5,697 nucleotides of DNA. Origin: Candidatus Iainarchaeum sp. Lineage in GTDB: Archaea > Iainarchaeota > Iainarchaeia > Iainarchaeales > CSSED10-239. A program made the translations under genes and the position numbers. Each line of letters starts with the position of its first letter. Position 1 is the stretch's first letter. Below the pieces are notes generated by a model. That model saw only the letters and a list, made by a program, of their open reading frames with translations. It made no database searches and was not told the origin of the DNA. Where the stretch lies: contig JAQUVR010000046.1 in the NCBI GenBank assembly GCA_028693335.1, positions 1 to 5,697 of the forward strand, read 5' to 3'. Shown here piece after piece: positions 4,980 through 5,697 of this stretch.

Positions 4980-5697
4980 TTATTCATTTCTGGTATATTT
5001 TGAGACAAAAGACTTTTATAATAATCAATTATTCCCTCTCTTTGATCTGTTGGAAAATCAACATTATTTGCAGTCCATCTAATCTGTGTTGTTACTGGAT
5101 CACTATAAATACAAGCATTTTCAGTCTCAATTGCAGTAAATAAATTTTTTATTTGTCTTATTTCAATATTATTTGCTGGCATTAATGCTACATTTCTTGA
5201 AAAAACATAATCAATTGTACCAATTGTAAATATCTTTGTTTGTAAAGGATTATTAATGTTTGCACCTTCTGTCACAAAATGATAATTTCTCACGGTGTAA
5301 TTTGTTGTGTTTGCTTGTGGTTGTGGGAGATATAAAATTGTTTTTAATAGTTTTAAATTACTATCAGATCCATAAGCAACACCAAAATCTTCCTTTAATA
5401 TCACATGATTCAAAAAATTACCTGTTTGTCCAACCACTCTATTATCTTTTAATTTCTTTGATTCATTTAAATAATCTGTCCAAGTAATGAATGGATTTGC
5501 TTTTAGATCTAATGAAACTGGATTATTTATAGATTCTGTGATAAAATATGAGAAATCATTATTATTAGATTCTGAAACTAAAGCATATAATGGAATTGGA
5601 TATGTTGGACTATATTTTAATTCTGCAGTAAATCTGCCTTGGTTATCTATTCCTAATAAATTAATTTCTAATAAATTTCTATTAGATTTTATAGATT
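4976..5697 (-). CDS. hypothetical Asn-rich protein, C-terminal 240 residues; 5' end lies beyond the window
   Basis: The track's GTG start at 5437 is simply the first start-type codon in the window. I translated the same frame upstream by hand and it stays stop-free to position 5697: ...SIKSNRNLLEINLLGIDNQGRFTAELKYSPTYPIPLYALVSESNNNDFSYFITESINNPVSLDLKANPFITWTDYLNESKKLKDNR-VGQTGNF... There are no TM segments in the visible part. It ends in tandem stops, TGA then TAA. No family recognised. Confidence 0.7.
   Translation of the reverse strand, partial: SIKSNRNLLEINLLGIDNQGRFTAELKYSPTYPIPLYALVSESNNNDFSYFITESINNPVSLDLKANPFITWTDYLNESKKLKDNRVVGQTGNFLNHVILKEDFGVAYGSDSNLKLLKTILYLPQPQANTTNYTVRNYHFVTEGANINNPLQTKIFTIGTIDYVFSRNVALMPANNIEIRQIKNLFTAIETENACIYSDPVTTQIRWTANNVDFPTDQREGIIDYYKSLLSQNIPEMNN

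Noticed and set aside
5260-5487. 75-aa plus-strand ORF from the track
   Set aside because: It is antisense to the long minus-strand frame that stays open from 4976 to the window edge. It has no SD and a low-complexity translation.
1-5697. Alternative genetic code, with UGA reassigned as in SR1/Gracilibacteria or Mycoplasma-like genomes
   Set aside because: No in-frame TGA occurs in alaS, hisS, HU or the other long ORFs, although the DNA is very AT-rich. Conserved Trp positions use TGG, for example the WW of WWGPAG in alaS. TGA appears only at two ORF ends. In both cases another stop follows within a few codons, so those two alone are not decisive.
1-5697. CRISPR arrays, transposases or IS elements, integrases, rRNA genes, recognisable defence genes other than the TA pair
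   Set aside because: I saw no spaced direct repeats, no terminal inverted repeats and no ORFs with such signatures on either strand. The only tandem repeat is the 2 x 15 nt coding duplication at 4638..4667.

Overview
Very AT-rich window (roughly 25-30% G+C by eye, not computed). It is gene-dense, and every feature I can support lies on the minus strand.

Reading the minus strand 5'->3' (high to low coordinates):
- 4976..5697: the 3' part of a larger Asn-rich soluble or extracellular-looking protein, open to the window edge.
- 4614..4979 and 4256..4609: two tightly packed small polytopic membrane proteins.
- 4165..4238: a tRNA-Arg(GCG), 17 nt after one CDS and 28 nt before the next.
- 3903..4136: a 77-aa two-TM protein with a C-x3-C loop.
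- 3493..3762: an HU-family DNA-binding protein.
- 2058..3350: histidyl-tRNA synthetase of the archaeal/eukaryal sequence type.
- 1693..1953 and 1407..1712: a two-gene type II toxin-antitoxin cassette (antitoxin, then a RelE/YafQ-like toxin).
- 1..1258: the first 419 codons of a bacterial-type alanyl-tRNA synthetase. It is absent from the supplied ORF track only because its stop codon lies outside the window.

The three plus-strand ORFs in the track are antisense shadows. The standard genetic code appears to apply. I see no CRISPR array, transposase, integrase or rRNA.

The most likely source is a streamlined uncultivated prokaryote, either a DPANN-type archaeon or a CPR/Patescibacteria bacterium. 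The markers conflict, and a huge phage cannot be excluded.

I found no clearly recognisable novel multi-gene system. The best candidates for follow-up are:
- the uncharacterised surface-protein plus small-membrane-protein cluster with an embedded tRNA (3903..5697);
- the TA cassette with a phased CAC-N5-GTG candidate operator;
- the mixed archaeal and bacterial signal across neighbouring housekeeping genes.

All family assignments are motif recognition by eye. No searches were run.
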